This document shows, piece by piece, positions 36,695 through 47,880 of a stretch of 64,000 nt of DNA. The first letter of the stretch is position 1. Each line of letters begins with the position of its first letter. A program made the position numbers and the translations under genes. Below the pieces are notes generated by a model that was not told the origin of the DNA, did not search any database, and was given only the letters and a program-made list of their open reading frames with translations. Origin of the DNA: Lama guanicoe (taxonomy: Eukaryota); assembly GCA_013239625.1 (NCBI GenBank), contig MU053652.1:1552001-1616000 (forward strand), read 5' to 3'.

Positions 36695-36708
36695 CCTGCA
36701 GGTGGCGC
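36695..36708 (+). promoter_or_regulatory. Candidate CTCF binding motif
   Basis: CCTGCAGGTGGCGC fits the CTCF core consensus; motif match only. Confidence 0.4.
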
Positions 36709-37444
36709 CACAATTTAGGTTTTTAAGCTGCTGTCTGCCTGCGATTTTGTATCTTGTGCACCGTGCCTGGTTTGAAACCCAGCCATGGGGCCAGCTATTG
36801 GGGGGTAAAATTTCTCTATAGCACCACCAGGCTCTGGTGATTTATTTAATGAGTAAATCTGGCTTTTATCAACTTAAATCGCAGTTCTGTTCCTAGACTA
36901 ATAAAATGGTGGTAGCTAAGTGATGGAAAACTTAAGGATTTCTTCCCCTCTCTCTCCTGTTAAATCTGACCTTTTATTCAGCCTGAAAGATGAGCCAATA
37001 TTGTTCTCCTCAGACCCCTCAATAAACGGCAACCAAACTGCCACAAAAAAAATAGCCTTCTTAGAAAACAGGACTTCATGAAGCAATATGCCATTTAGTT
37101 TCTCCCTCTTGTGGCCATAAGCCAGGCAATGACCTACTCAGCGTCACCACCAGCACAGGAGTAGAGTGAGTGACTTACAGGCTTTCAAGAGAAAACTTGA
37201 GTCTCTCTTCACTCCTCCCCAGCTGGCAAGAGGGCATGGGGGACATGGGGGCATGTGGGAGCTAGAAGGGTTTGTACCTAATGCAGAAACCCACTTTGAA
37301 CGGGTGTAGAGGCTTCCTTTCCCAAAGCGTCTGTTCATGGAGAAGGGTCAGGACAGCAGAGGACCTTCCCGCCCTCACTGTATGGCGCTCCTTTAAAAAA
37401 GACGCGTTCTTCTGAAAAGCCACGCTAATCCCTTATGTATGTAT

Positions 37445-37626
37445 TGCACTTACCTTAAAGTTTCCAAATGCGTGAGTAGGTAGCGTCTCCCTTGAATGTC
37501 ACTATCTCTAAGGGGTACATGGGGCAGGTGAGAAAACAGAGTGTCTGAGAATGTATGATTTACCCCAAATTAGAGTTGCTGGGTGGCCAGGCCAGGATTG
37601 GGACCCAGGTCTTCTAACTTCCAGTC
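37445..37626 (-). mobile_element. MIR SINE
   Basis: CAGGTGAGAAAACAGAG...TGATTTACCCCAA...GCCAGGATTGGGACCCAGGTCTTCTAACTTCCAGTCC. Confidence 0.6.
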
Positions 37627-38085
37627 CTACTCGATCTGAGAGAGAGAATCCAAGGGGCCATCATAATTAAAAAAAAAAAATTGGGTCCTACACGGTGGCT
37701 GATTTGAGCCTTTGTGTTCTACCTTGCAATGACATGATAGCTGCCCTTTCAGCACCCCTGTCACCCGGGTTAGTAAGTGGAAGAGGGAGGAAGGAAAAGG
37801 CCATTGGCCATACAGGGCCCCACTGACAGCAGGAGGGTTGGTGGAGGCCCCTCCCCTGCCCGCTGTTGGGCCCGCTCTTTGCCTCACTTCTCCTCTGTCA
37901 TCTGGCTCTGTTATTACTCTTCGGCACCACATGGCATTCATTTCTCTGAATGAAAATAAACGACGCCACACACTAGGCAGCAGATAAAGAATAATAAATA
38001 CATTTTATTTGCTACCTCTAAAAAAAAGTCTTTGACTTCCCATTCATCCATCCAAAAATGGACCTGAGGCTTACCAGCAATATTC

Positions 38086-38143
38086 ACACCCACACACACA
38101 GACGCGTGTGCACGCACACACACACACATGCATGTGCACATAC
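38086..38143. repeat. Imperfect (CA)n microsatellite
   Basis: CACACCCACACACACAGACGCGTGTGCACGCACACACACACACATGCATGTGCACA. Confidence 0.85.
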
Positions 38144-40149
38144 AAGCTACAAGTGAAGAAAATCAAGTTCTATTAAAAATACATGCTGATGGCTAAGAAG
38201 GGAAGCAGAGCTGGTTTTCTCACTCCCCCCTACCCTTGCAGCATTTTCATGGCATACCGTGAAAGCTGAGTGGCAAACAGACATTTGAAAGGATGCCCCT
38301 CTACCTACCCCCTCCCCCGCTGCTTTTATGGAAACATGTTCTATAAGTAACGCATTGGGGTTTTCCGTGCAGCTCTCCGGGCTGTCACCTCTGGGAAAGG
38401 GCTGCGATGGTCCCCTGCAGCAGTTTTAGGGAGATACCTGGAAGCAGGGCCAGGCCCAGGGTGGGGACAGCCTTACAGGAAGGAGGCTAAGTGAAAGCGC
38501 CTCCTGAAATTTTGCCTCCCGGGTGTGCCACTTGTATTTCTCTAGTCTCGGTCCTGCCTGAAGAGACATTTGGCCCTGGACTTCCTCAACTCCAGAGGGA
38601 GGTCTGAGAAGCAGCAGCATTGAGTTATTTCATTATGTTTCTCTGGACTTCTGAAACTAACCTGATATTGTGCCTTATCTAGAGTCTGGGATCCAGGGTT
38701 TCTGAGAAGAGAGGAGCCAGATCAATGTATTAACGCAAGCTAATAAGATAACTCCGTGCTGCTTTCTGGGCCATGAGATGCGCAGCTCTGTTTCCTGGAA
38801 TACTACCCTTTAGCCAAACTCCACAACGTCTGGTTTCCTCCTCACTCTGGCTTGGCTCTCTCCCCATGGAAGCACCCACCTCTGCAGAGCAGAGCTTCAG
38901 CAAGGCCCTGTCTGGGCGGGCCTGGACTGACCTGAGTGCGCTGTCCGCCTTGGGGCTTGTATAGCCCATCAGCTCACAGCTGGCTCCAGTCTCCTGGGTT
39001 TACAACTCTGATCTCTGCAAAAATATAACCCCTACAGGAAGGTGTAGAAATGTATGCTGTTGTCAATCATCTCCACCTAATAGGAAGATTCCAAGAAGAT
39101 GCTTTGATGGGAGGGACAGTAATGGATAGGAAGTTGCTGGCTGTGGGGAAAAGTAGAATTGAAGACCAGACATGAGGGAGGAAGCCAGAAACCATGGGGT
39201 CCTTTAGGAGGCCAGCCTGGATTGTTGCCCGTGTGAGGAGGTACTTAGTGGGCACAGTTGACTGTGCTGCCCTCAGAGGACTGTGGTGGTGTGGGGATGA
39301 GGAAGGTGTACCTGGAAGTCTGGGGGTGAATAAGTGTGGGAATCCCTTCCTTTTCTCTTCGCGGGTGGAGTACAGTCGCAGGGGATCTAGGCAGAGGTTT
39401 CAGAGGTAGTGCTGCCAATCTCCATCCTCACATACTTGCTCCCTTGCAGGGCGGCTGTCTAAACCAGAGCAACATCGTGAGCTTTTTCTTTGGACTTCAG
39501 AAACTGCCCTGACCTGGGCATTATCTGTTTTTGCTATGGTCTAGGATCTAGGGTTTCAGAGAAGAGAGGCGCCAGATCGGCCTCTTAACATAAACACGAC
39601 TAGACCAACCAGTCAGGTTGTCAAGGGAGCTCTAGGGCCCTTGGCTACCCATGCTCTCTCACCCAGGACTCCCGTCCTCGGGTGGCGTAGGGGTCCTGGG
39701 GTGGAGTTCTGATTAGGCATAGGTGCTTGCGCCGATGTCGGCTCTGATCACCTGGAGGTCCCTCCGACCGTAGGCGTCCACATCCCCACCTTCCGGGGCG
39801 GCGGCGGCTGAGTGTGTTTCATCCCGACTGCGCGCCCTGCGCCGTGCAGCCAAGTACGCACACCTCTCCGCCCCACATCGCCCCCGGCAGGGTCGCTCGG
39901 TGCAGGCCTAGGGGACCAGGCGGGTGTCCACAAACGTCGAAGCGGGGAGCGCGGGCGAGGCGGGCGGCGGCGGGCGCGGGGCGCGGGGAGGCGCCCCCTG
40001 CCCCCTCTGCCGGCCGCTCTCGGGCGGTCTAGCTGTCAGCCGAGCTCCGAGCCAGCCAGCGCGAGCCAGGGAGGGAGCGGCGGCGGGGGGCGGGAAGGGG
40101 CGGGGGCGAGGCGAGGGAGGGAGGCAGGGAAGCGGGGAGGGCGGGAGGG

Positions 40150-41089
40150 AGGAGAGGAGGACCCAGAGAGCGCCAGGCAGCTGGAGTTTTTGCAGCGCTT
40201 GGCCGGGCTTCAATGCACAGCAGCAGCGAGCCGCGGCGGCAGCAGGCAGCCCGGGAGCTCCGGCGGCGGCCGAGCCAGCGGCGGCCCCGCTCCCTGCCCC
40301 CTGCAAACTTTGCGAGCAGCCCGCCCGGGGGGCCGGGGGCGCGCCCGGGAGGCCCGGCCCGGCCCGCGGCCGCTCTCTCCGCCGCCGCAGCGCCAGCGGC
40401 CGTCACCGCCCCGCGCCTCCCCGGGGAGCAGCCGGCGGCTCCCGCAGCCCCCCAGCCCCGGCCCCTCGGCCCGGCCCGGCTGGTCCCCCGGCGGGTGCGG
40501 GGACAGCCGCAGCGCGGCCGGCCGCGGGTGGCCGGGGGGCGGCCGCCGCTACCCAGGGAGGCACACGAAGGCGTCTAGAGCGCTCCCCGGCGGGTCCCCA
40601 GCGCACTCGCCGCGCCCGGGCAGCGGCTCGACCGGGCAAGCATGGGCGGCGCGGAGTGACGCCGCCGTGCCCGCTTGGCATCAAGGACATTCAGCCCGCG
40701 GGGGTGGGGACGCAGGGGGGCGGCCCCGCGTCGCCACCGCAGCCCCCGGGAGCCGCTGCTGCTGCTTGGGCTCCAGGGTTGGGGGGGAAAGGAGTGCTTG
40801 GAAGCGAGCCGCATTTCCCGACCTTTTTGTTGGACATTCCGCCCACCTTGGACGCCACCAGAGGAGCTGTCAAGCCCCGCAGGCTCCGATTTCCCCCTTC
40901 GCTTTCCTGGCCTCCCCCCGGGTTCCCCGTGCCTCGGTGGAGTATTCGCGTTCGGGGCTGGGGCTGGAGGAGGCAGCCACACGCGCGCACACGCACACGT
41001 TCAGAGGAGGGCGAGAGGCAGCGGCACCGGCACCATCTGCAGTGTCAATGCGGCGCTCCCGCTGAAGCAGGCAAAAGCGGCGCTTGCAG
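40150..41089 (+). other. Probable non-coding first exon (5' UTR) of an unidentified gene
   Basis: Follows a G-rich promoter-like tract and ends at the consensus donor CAG|GTAAGG (intron starts 41090). All three ATGs I found in it stop before the donor. The TSS position is only an estimate. Confidence 0.6.
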
Positions 41090-41210
41090 GTAAGGAGCCG
41101 GCCGGGCAGGCGGGCGGGCGAGAGCAGCGCGGGCGGAGATACCGACTCGGTCCGGAGTCCTCGGCTGCCCCGGAGCCAGCCCCCTGCACTCACGCACAGA
41201 CACACTCGTG

Positions 41211-41231
41211 CACACACACACACACACACAC
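41211..41231. repeat. (CA)10 microsatellite
   Basis: Perfect CA run within a longer CA-rich tract. Confidence 0.95.
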
Positions 41232-44200
41232 GCAAACACAGGCACTGCCCGCGTCCCACCTGGACACCCGCGTAGGTGCCGCGCGGCCAGGGCAGGTATT
41301 TCCCGGGTTCTTTCTCCTCTGACTCTCCCGGGCGCAGACTTCTCTTACCCAGGACTTTGGGGTGGGATTCTGTGCATTACTGCCTCCCCCTCCCACCCGG
41401 CTAGACTGAGGGAGCGATTTTTCAGTTCCCAGCCGCTGGCATCCCTAGCTGGGTTTCAGAAACCGGAGAAGTAATGGTCTTGGGAGACCCGCCCAATGTA
41501 ATCTCCACACCGTGGCCTTAGCGCACCGCGGGATTTTAATGAGAAACGGACCGACGGATATTCAGACAGATCTTTGGAGAGCGTGGCAGCCCAGCGCGCG
41601 GGGAGGAGGCCACAGAGGCGGATGGGGCTGCAGTTCTGTAGGGCGGCGCATATGGAACAGACACTGCGTTTCCCCAGTAAGAGGCAGCACAAACGCCTTT
41701 CTGAAGGGTGGCACTGCTTTCCCGGGAATGCGCCAGGATTTCGGGCAGGAAGGGGCTTAAGCATCGCTTTGAGTGTGTTGCGAGTCTAGGGAGAGTGTGT
41801 GGAATCAAATCCTCCGTAAAAGGTGTAACCTACTCACATCTCCTGTCTCTGGGCAACAGCAAGCCTACACACACTTGGATCTCTTTAGCCTTCCCTCTGC
41901 ACTGTGCCGGGAAGCCTGGGGCTGCTTCCCCCGTGCCTGCACCTAACACCTGCCACATGCCTTTCTGGGTACGTGTCTGAGACATAGACTAAAAGGGGAG
42001 ATAGAGCAGGGTGCCGTGCAGGAAGGGAGAAGGGTACCCCCTCTCATGAACACCTCGGCAGCGTCCACCCTACAAGGAGACCAGGCATTCTTGGGTCTGG
42101 TAGCGTCTCCCGGAGCCAGGCTGCTCCTGACATGTGGAATCACTCTCCAGAAGCCTATGCTCCAAGTTTCTGTTTCCCTGAAGCCTGTCCTTTCTTTTCC
42201 TCCCTGGCTGGAGTTTCACAGGCTGCTCATGTTCAAACTTTTTCTGGAGGAGGTGGGAGGTGTTTGGGTTCCAAAAGGGCTTTTCCACAGTTCCCATTAG
42301 GGGCTCAAAGGCCAACTCGCTCAGGGTTCAGTCGTAGGGAGAAAAATGTGAGCTCCAGATAAAACACTGTTTTGGAGTTGAGTATAGATAGAGAGCAAAG
42401 CTCTAGGTTTCTATAGCTGTCCCTTTTGGCGTAGCTTGTTGGGCAACTTGGCAAGAAATGGAAGCAGCTTGTACTCTCTATTTAAGATCATGTGTTCAGA
42501 GTGTCCTGCAAACCCACCAGTGGGAAAAACATGTTGGGAGTTTTCCAGAACACTAGGGGAAAGGAGGCAGCATTCTTTCGAACAAGCGGGCCTCAGTGCT
42601 GGGCACGGGATTTGGCTGGTTCTGTAAATCCTGAAGATGGGTGCTGAAATAGCCCCATCTCTGCTATTTTCAAACTTTTTTCAGCTCCTGCAAAGGTCTC
42701 CGACTAGGCTGCGGAGGAAAGAAGGAGACGGCCCTGGGAGGGAGATTGTATTCCCCGCTGTGTGCTGTGTGAGCTGCCCTTTGATTGATTGAAAAGGGTA
42801 GATGGAATAAAGCAAAGCTCTCACAATGGGCAGAACCCAGTAGGGAGAAGAGACATCATTTTCTTTTTAAGAATGGTGGGTGTGTGTACACACACTGGAT
42901 ATACACTTGCCTTCTCAAAAAGCCTTGCTGTACGTGATCAGATCGTCCAACCATGTGTGATGATGGGGACCCACGTCTATCTCTTGGGCTGTGGAGGAAG
43001 TGGAACATTTCACACGCGTACCCTTTGGGAGGACAGGGAGGTCCCACATAAGCACAGAGCATGATTTTCTACGGAAAGAGTGAACTCCAGCAACAGTGGG
43101 TGGCTCCCAGGTAAACGTTTCCTCGCAGGACCTTGAAGGGGCAAAGAGGTGGGGTCCAGAGCTTCCTGAAATGTCTGTGTGTCTTCCCCGTAGACCTCTA
43201 CTCCTGGCTCTGCTCGCTTCCCTGCCCTCTTTCCTTTCTCAAATATTTGCAGCCTCAGAATCCATTCTGTTCCTGCTAAGCCAATAGTCATTATGCTGGG
43301 GATAAGCTAAACCTTTTTTTTTTTTAACATGGGTTCAGAAAATCCCCACACTTTCCGAACTTAGTGTTAGCTACCAATTTGGTTTCTAGGACAAAGCAGG
43401 CTTTAATTAACATCTGTGTAACGCTGGCTGTACAGCTCAGTTTTTTCCTGGCTCTCTTGCCCAGCCCTGGAGCTTGTCACATTGTCACTCTCCCTCTTCA
43501 CCACTCTGCAGCCTTCATTTTAAGTTCTTTGGGGTCTTCCTCACCCAGAAGGGCGCCACAGTAGAAAAATCCCAACCGCGAATGCTTCTTTTCTGCAGAC
43601 CCTCACTGCCGCCGGGCTGTGTGCTCCCAGCGGCTCTGCTCTGAGCACATGGCGTGGGTTGCCCATGAGCTGTTCCCTCTTGCCCGATAATGTACTCTCA
43701 GGCTCTCCTCTGTCCTCCCAGCACTTCATTCTGGATGCCCACCAACGCTCTGCAAACATTTCCGGAGGAATCCGAGGCCACCAACTTGTTTCCTTTCCCC
43801 TTCTCAGCACCTCTTCCCTCACCCGGCAGCCTCTGCCGATGCCCCCTACAGATGGAGAAATCTGCATGGCACAGTCTGCCTACACTTGGCCTCCTGATCC
43901 TCGTAGTAATCACAACGAGGGCTGCTGGGAATTAAGTGGGGGCTTTCTAGGGAGACAGCAGTCCTGAAGTGGAGAGAGCTGGGGAGGGGGGGAATCACCC
44001 GCTCTCAGCTCCTAGTATTCACCAGGCTTTGATGCAAAGGAATCGCCGCCAATCTCTTTCTTCCTCGCCAGCTAGGGGGCATTTCTCAGTCGTTTCTCCT
44101 CATCCTCACCCCAGAAGGCACTACACAGACAATGCCACCTTGGAGACCTGTTGGGGCGGCTCAGTGATGAGCTGTGATAGGTCAGCAGCCCCATAGGAAA

Positions 44201-45090
44201 CCAGCCATGACCTAGGCTGTGATGGATCTGTGCAACAGATGTGCCCGTCTTTCTCTGTTCTCCTCTCCTCTTCTTATTTGTGTTCAGCGCTACCCGATGT
44301 GAAACTGGTTCAGACCCTCCAGCAGCAGAGCAGAGCTCATTTCCCTCCCTGGACACTCCCTCCTCCTCCCCCACCTTCCTCCCCTCCCCCTCCCCCTTCC
44401 TCATCCACCTCTTGGCTTTGTGCACACATCCGCCAGCCCATTCGCCCTCAAATTTGTGGCACTCCAAGAAATCAATATAACATGAATTTAACGACAGCTG
44501 GATGATTAAGTGTTATTTATATTTAAGAGCGGCGTTTTAAAAAGACGTCGCGCTAATAAATCAAACGACTGTTGGGGAGATGCACATGATTAGGGTAATT
44601 GCCCTCCTGGTTCTACTGAGTAAGGCTTGGTCCACGCGGAGCCCTGAGGATGCTACCTCTTTAGAAGCTATGAACCCCATTGCTCCCTACCCTGCACCCC
44701 TACCTGATCCCCTTCCTTCGTCCGGACTTGGCCCCGCTTCCTGCTCCCCTCCTCACTGCCCAGGCTGTAGCCTCCCAGTTGTGGCAGGGACTCGGGAGTC
44801 AGCAGGGAGACTGAAGGGGGCTCCGCTGCTAAGTGGTAAGAGATGGATCTTAAAAGCCGAGGCAGGCAGGGGGTCCTAATTCCCAGAGCAGAGGCCTTGT
44901 TCCAGAAGGAGGAGGCTGCTTCCCTGCTTGGCACGAAGCAGCTTGGAAGAAAAGCTTCCTGAGTCCGAGGGTGAGTCTGCGTGAGCCCCTGGACCCCTGT
45001 GCTTACGATTGATCATGTGCATCAGCCTCCCCAGGGAAGAGGCTGTGAGGACGTTGGTATTTGTCCTTGTGAAAACACGGAATGGGAAAC

Positions 45091-45346
45091 AATAATGATG
45101 ATGATGATGATGATGATGGCTACATTTACTGAGCACTTATTTGGCTGAGGCATCATGTAAGGGTTTGCACAGGTTGGCCCATTTCTTACATTCCAGAGTG
45201 GCAGTCACTGTTCCTATCCTCATTTCCTCCCCGAGGAAACTGACACAAGGAAGGGTAAGGACTTTGACCAAGATCACACAACGGGTGCGAGGTGGAGCCA
45301 AGTCTCAACCCTAAGCAGACTGCCCTCACTCCTGGTCACTGTGCTG
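45091..45346 (-). mobile_element. MIR SINE with (TGA)n tail
   Basis: (ATG)n then GCTACATTTACTGAGCACTTA...GAGGAAACTGACACA...CCAAGATCACACA. Confidence 0.8.
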
Positions 45347-45389
45347 TTTGCATCCTTAGCAGCCCTCGAGAGGTTTGCAGGAGAGTGTG

Positions 45390-45560
45390 CTGGAGCAAAA
45401 TTTAGAATATCTGGGTTCTCTCTTGGACCACCTCTGTGACCCCAGGCAAATCTATTCACTCTGAGCCTCGACTTCCCCATTCATCCAACGGGACTGAGTC
45501 TTATCCTTGAGTGTCGGTGGTTGTGAAATTTCAAGGATCATTCCAGCAGAGTGCTCCGTT
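45390..45560 (+). mobile_element. MIR SINE
   Basis: CTGTGACCCCAGGCAAATCTATTCACTCTGAGCCTCGACTTCCCCAT. Confidence 0.6.
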
Positions 45561-46928
45561 CCTGAGGTTGACTCTTGACTCCTTTGCCAGCTCCTGGGAA
45601 AAACTCAGGAGGAGTGAGTGAGTGCAGTCCTGATCTCTGCTTTTGATTCTGTGAGGCTCTGAGTCTCGTGCTGGTAAGAATCAAGTTCTCCCAGCGGCTG
45701 CTTCAAAGTTGCTGGCGCTGTAGAAACAACACTCTCTCATTTAATCCTTCAAATCACCCTTTGAGGTGGGAATTGCTTATTCTCATTTTGATGGTGTGAG
45801 AACTAAGACAGAATGCCTGAGGCTCCCAGGCTGCTATGTGGTGGAAGGTCTTTTCGCGCTTGGGGAAGGATGCTCACTGTAGGTGCTCAATACTTGCTCC
45901 CTCATTCATTGATAAGCCCTAGGTTTCCAGATTTCAGAAGCCAGAGATAGGGAAGGAATCTTTGCTTGTGGATGTCATGCTGTGCTGGGTGCCTGGACCA
46001 CATGGTGCTGGAGCAGAGACTCGTTGGAAAGTGATGCAGATGGGTTGTGTGGGGGGAAAGTCATTGTGCAGACTTAGTCTAGCACTTAGTTACGAATTCC
46101 ATCCCGACCCAGGCCTGTGGGCAGTGAGGCCCTGATGGAGCCTGTGCACCTGGTTGGGTGCTGTCCCTCCCAAAGTCAGGCCTGCGCTGCCCCACTCGGT
46201 CTCTCCGACCTGAACGTTTCAGGGAACATTCACAGATGATCCTCTTGTGGTTACTTGTTTGGGTTTTTTTCCTCCGAACGACAAACTTTTATCCTGTACA
46301 TTATTTACTTGGCTTCTCCTCTACCCTGAAGTGAGTGAAGCTTCTGCCAGGCTTGAGGCGGCTAGAAGGGCACGCCTGGATTCCCCCGCCTCCCCTCTGG
46401 GCAGCAGTGGAAGCAGCTGACTGCTGTTGCTTTGCTCAGACTCACGCCAGCAGGTGTGGGTGAGACCTGACCCGTCCTCTCTTTGCCCGCCGAGCTTGGC
46501 TGCCCCCCTCCCTCTCCCCGGAGCCTTCTCCATGAACCAGGATTCGCAACAGCAAATTGGATTTTGGAATGTTTTGTCACTCCAACACAAAACAGATCAC
46601 TAGCTAAGAGGATCTCGTCTCCGCAGCCGATGTGCTGAACACAGAGTAACTGAATCAGTTCCCGAGGTCTTCCAGGGAAGAGAATTTTCATTAGGAAGCA
46701 TGGGGAGAGAAGAGGAGGAAGAAGTCATTGGAAACACAGGAAAGAAAAACCATAGCTGGTCAAAGGCTTTTCTGGTCTTCGCTCAAGAGCAGGTTCCCCT
46801 GTGACATATTCAGTGAACTTGTCTGCAACGAGCCCGGTGAGATTTCCCTCTGGGTGGTGTGGGGTCTGGAACCAGAGGGTGAAAAAACCATTCCTTGGCT
46901 TTGGCCCAGAGGTCAGGAGGATGGTCAG

Positions 46929-47016
46929 TGCTGGACCCCAGAAACTAACACCACATTGTAAATCAGCTATATTCCAATAGAAAAAAATATTTTTTTAATA
47001 AATAAATTTTTAAAAA
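46929..47016 (+). mobile_element. Very short L1 3' terminus
   Basis: CCAGAAACTAACACCACATTGTAAATCAGCTATATTCCAAT followed by an A/T-rich tail. Confidence 0.8.
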
Positions 47017-47729
47017 GAGGAGGGACAGTAAACTGAATGGAGCTGGACGACTTTTTGTTTCTCCTCTCGTGGAGGGAATAGACAATTAGGGGAGGGCATG
47101 GCAGGGCGGCAGCCCTCAGGATGTGGGATTGAACCAGCCTGCACGGAATGTTGGCTAACTCTGCAGAGATGATTAGAGCTGATTAGAGCTGATTTTTCTC
47201 CCTCTCCATCTCAGTCCTGCTTCCTGAAGGTAACACCGAAAATAGAGCAGAATTTCACAGAGCACAGTCTGTGAAGAGGTGTTACACACACCCAAAGTTT
47301 CCATGGCCAGAGAAGTTTGAGAAGCTTTGAGTGTAAAGCAAAGTGGAAGAGCTTCTTTGCGCAGGACTTCTCAGAGCCTTTAAATACACTAACGTGGATT
47401 AGTAAAACCACAAGAAGTAGTGCCCTGGGAATCCCCCAAGAAACGCTGGACTAAGACAAGCACTTTCATTTGCCTCCTCCCTGCTGTGAATGAAGGGGTG
47501 ATTCTACACTAAAAGTGTTAGCCGAACTTTCGGGCTAAGTACCAGGTTCTGGTGATTATGTAGTTTCTAGGGTTTCAAGCAGAATTTCACCAAGTGGGCA
47601 GACAGTCCAACTCCAGACTCGGTGTTTGCCCCTCGTCCTTCCATGGCAGCTGAGAGGTTCTCAGACCAGAGTGAGATCCAGGCAGGTGTATATTTTCTCA
47701 GATTCCTCGAGGATTCTGGTATGTCCCCC

Positions 47730-47880
47730 TGGTTAGAAAGCACTGGTGGTGTGGGGAAAGCTGGCTTTTGGAAACAGGTAGATGACCCCGGCTCTGTTAC
47801 TTACCAGGTCAGGGGTCTTGGGAAACAGCACCTTATGTTGTAGTATTAGCACTTATAAAATGAGGGGACTAGTCTAGATC
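47730..47880 (+). mobile_element. MIR SINE fragment
   Basis: GGCTTTTGGAAACAG...CCCGGCTCTGTTACTTACCAG...TATAAAATGAGGGGACTAG. Confidence 0.5.

Larger units (their letters stand above)
39680..41760. promoter_or_regulatory. CpG island / TATA-less promoter
   Basis: Abrupt rise in GC and CpG content over ~2 kb; GC boxes CTCCGCCCC (39866-39874) and GGGGCGGGGG (40097-40106); no TATA box; no repeats recognised. Confidence 0.93.

Noticed and set aside
39812..41065. 417-aa ORF and overlapping 100-389-aa ORFs on both strands in the CpG island as protein-coding genes
   Set aside because: Mostly non-ATG starts, low-complexity G/A/R/P composition and simultaneous opening in several frames, as expected from stop depletion in very GC-rich DNA; no recognisable domain.
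40150..41089. Assigning a gene symbol to the CpG-island gene
   Set aside because: No coding exon lies in the window and I do not reliably recognise the 5' UTR; BLASTN against RefSeq RNA is needed.
45096..45118. Poly-His ORF (44876-45136, minus strand)
   Set aside because: Translation of the (TGA)n microsatellite tail of a MIR.
45091..45560. Inverted MIR pair as a dsRNA or editing substrate
   Set aside because: The copies are too diverged to pair extensively.
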